From NCBI GenBank assembly GCA_002189035.1, contig NEEC01000008.1, forward strand, positions 3,162,001 to 3,226,000: a stretch of DNA of 64,000 bases, in the 5' to 3' direction. The position numbers were made by a program, and so were the translations under genes. This document shows positions 61,648 through 64,000 of this stretch, piece after piece. This DNA comes from Utricularia gibba (Eukaryota; Plantae; Magnoliophyta). The notes beneath the pieces were generated by a model, which saw only the letters and a list, made by a program, of their open reading frames with translations, did not search any database and was not told where the DNA came from. Within the stretch, counting starts at the first letter, position 1; every line of letters begins with the position of its first letter.

Positions 61648-63669
61648 ATGTATTTTCCAACCGCAGAATAACCAAAACTCCTATGCCATTTTAATGACAG
61701 GGCGACTTACTGTTTATGTTTTTACATCAACGGTAATGATGTGCTTTTTTGAAGGATTCAAGTTAAAATATTTTTTAAAAAAATCCTTTTTAAATTATTT
61801 TGAATTTTAAATATTCAAATAATTTACCTCTGGTCAGTCTGTCAAAGAATTTACTGTTCCTATTTTTTAAAACTTAAAACTATACGGCATTTTATATTTC
61901 CAATTAAAAAATAAATTCATCGAACGTAACTAAAGGACATTTCCAATTATATTAAGTACATCGATTCCGTGAAATTTTGAAATATCATTTTTAGAATCAT
62001 AATATAATTACATTTCATTATATTGAAAAATTGTCATTGAAAAATAATAATCGACCAAAGGTACAAGACAAAAGTACGCTTTGATGGACGTGAGAAGATA
62101 ATGTGGGGCACACAATGCAAATTTGAAAAATATTGAAACCCAATACTAATTTTTTAAAATAAAAAAAATCTACATATTAAATTATTATTTCTAGCCCAAA
62201 TAAAAACAAAATGGGCATGGATTGTGAGTTTCCCCATGGGCCTCTTCATACCCTTCTAATTAAATAATCATAAGCTATACATGATAAGATTTACCTGTGT
62301 TATTTTTTAAAAAATATACCTTATATATCATAAAAAAATTAAGGTTTTCTTATGGTTATGTATTTTCAAAATGATTTTTTGGAAAATGGGAATGTGAATT
62401 AAATTGAATTTATGTTATGTAAGTTTAAAAATAAATTGAAAAATGAGAAATATGTCCTATTATTTTTATTTTATAATCATTTATGAATGACATTATATAT
62501 AATACATTTCACCTCCAATCTATTGGAACCCTAGAAATAAAAAGTTGAAAAAGAAATTTAAAGAAATGGCTTAAAATAGAGAACAAAACACAAGTTATAA
62601 TTCGAATAAGAGTGAAAAAAATATTTTATTTTGAATTTATTTGTTATTTTGTTAATGGAAAATTTTAAAAATAAGAATGTGAGTGGAACATAGGGGTATT
62701 CTTATCTTCTAGAATTGAAGACTTTGCAAGAGCAAGGTTGGGTGGCTATGTGGAGGGTGTACATATTGAGTACAAACCCAAAATTCTTTGATCGCACAAG
62801 ATACTACAGTGGTTGCTACCCAGCTACTCCTCTACCACTCTACTGGTGTTGAGTGTTGTCTGTGCCCAGTGAAGTGGTTCAAATCCATGGTGAAAGTAGC
62901 GAGCAGGAGTGGCACCACACAAGCAACCTGCCTGCCCATTTGTCAGTCTTAGCTCAATTAATGCTTCAGCGAGCTATCTGTGATTCTTTTGATCTGTCTT
63001 GCGACCTGCGAACAACAAGCGGGTGCATGAGTTTCTGCAACTGTGCTACTGGGTGATGAATCAGATTCCCTTTTGATTCATCTGATCTCAGAACAGTAGC
63101 ATAAGTTCGAATCAGATTCCCATCTTAAGTCAGGCGCATTAGACTGAATCAGACCAAATTTGTTCTTGTAAAAGTTTGAAAAAATGTGGGAGAAGACGTG
63201 ATGGCCTCCCAACCCGCCATTTCTGTTCTCCCCGAGCTCGTGACAATCACAATCTCAGTTCATGGTTCCTCGACGCCATTGTAGCCAACACTAAAGTGAA
63301 GAAAGCAGCATTTTTTAATTACACTTTCCCCAAAAGAATAGGTTGCCATTTTCTTATTTAAAAGCGGGAAGATCCATCTGTATCTGACTCTCTGTGCTAC
63401 TTGTTTGGGCTTCATGGTGAAGGGATGCCAAGTGTTGTTGCAGAAAGGGTTAGTTTCTAAATAAGTGACACTATATAGTGATATCTGGTTTTCTCAAGGA
63501 GCAAAATATTGACTTCTGGTGCCATCAATTCACTCAGTGGCGTAATTGACCAAAAGTCTAGCCCCTGGTTAAAGAAGCCCCCAATTATTCACTTTGCTCA
63601 GAGGTAGAGAGTCAAGTGTTGTTTATTTTTAGGGTACCAACTTGCTCCAATACTGCGTATCAAACTTGA

Positions 63670-64000
63670 CCATCCAAACCATCTTCGCTTCCATCCCTCC
63701 ATTTAGTCTTCACCATTCATAAAACTGCACCGAATTTCGATGGTATCGAGTTTTCCGTCGATTTGCAAAATTGGGGTTTTCTTGTTCTTTCGACACAATC
63801 GATTCCAAATCTGAAAAACGAGTAAGAATAGAACGTTCTCGGATTAGGATTTAGGGTTTTTCGATCAATGAAATGGTTTGAGTGGATATATTGTCATTGG
63901 ATTGAACACAATTGGAGAGTTTTTTTTTAAATAATAATTTTTATTTTTCAGAAAAGGCATTTTTTTAAGAGGTTTTAAGACATTCAGTAGTCAAAGATAG
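63670..64000 (+). other. Probable 5'UTR and first intron of a gene continuing beyond the window
   Basis: Pyrimidine-rich leader, a strong donor GA|GTAAGA at about 63820, and a telo-box TAGGGTTT near 63852. No CDS is visible. Confidence 0.35.

Noticed and set aside
63465-63475. GTGACACTATA, similar to the SP6 promoter (vector contamination?)
   Set aside because: Only an 11-nt match with no flanking vector or polylinker sequence.

Overview
Gene-dense (about 1 gene per 2.8 kb, mostly short introns) nuclear segment of a compact-genome eudicot plant. There is no prokaryotic, CRISPR or intact transposon content. I can model about 22 protein-coding loci in this order: cytosolic aldolase (partial), DUF662/RAB6-interacting golgin, GRF with a miR396 site, starch branching enzyme II, MDHAR, a TFIIIC-type WD40/AT-hook protein, LITTLE ZIPPER, CAAX protease RCE1/FACE2, a TFL1/CEN-type PEBP, At5g03900-like plastid protein, P-class PPR, DUF4228, MYB-CC, RPA14, RPS14, NMD3, COG1, a coiled-coil protein, ILR1-like amidohydrolase, GIR-like repressor and an OVATE family protein. 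The RNA genes are tRNA-Leu(UAG) and an intronic dual-guide C/D snoRNA. From recall (not computed), the order matches the ancient eudicot block at Arabidopsis At2g36xxx/At3g52xxx/At5g03xxx. The most notable anomalies are five. (1) The TFL1-type gene has Lys at the FT-Tyr85/TFL1-His88 switch position and a 27-aa C-terminal extension. (2) An otherwise intact RPA14 carries a 2-nt frameshift. (3) The OFP is split by a 1-nt frameshift next to an internally duplicated coding motif. (4) A snoR15-like (U16+U55) snoRNA and a decayed tandem copy sit inside an RPS14 intron. (5) A candidate three-exon 60-aa micro-gene lies between DUF4228 and MYB-CC. The frameshifts could be assembly errors; read-level checks are needed. 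All homology calls come from my recognition of motifs, not from database searches.
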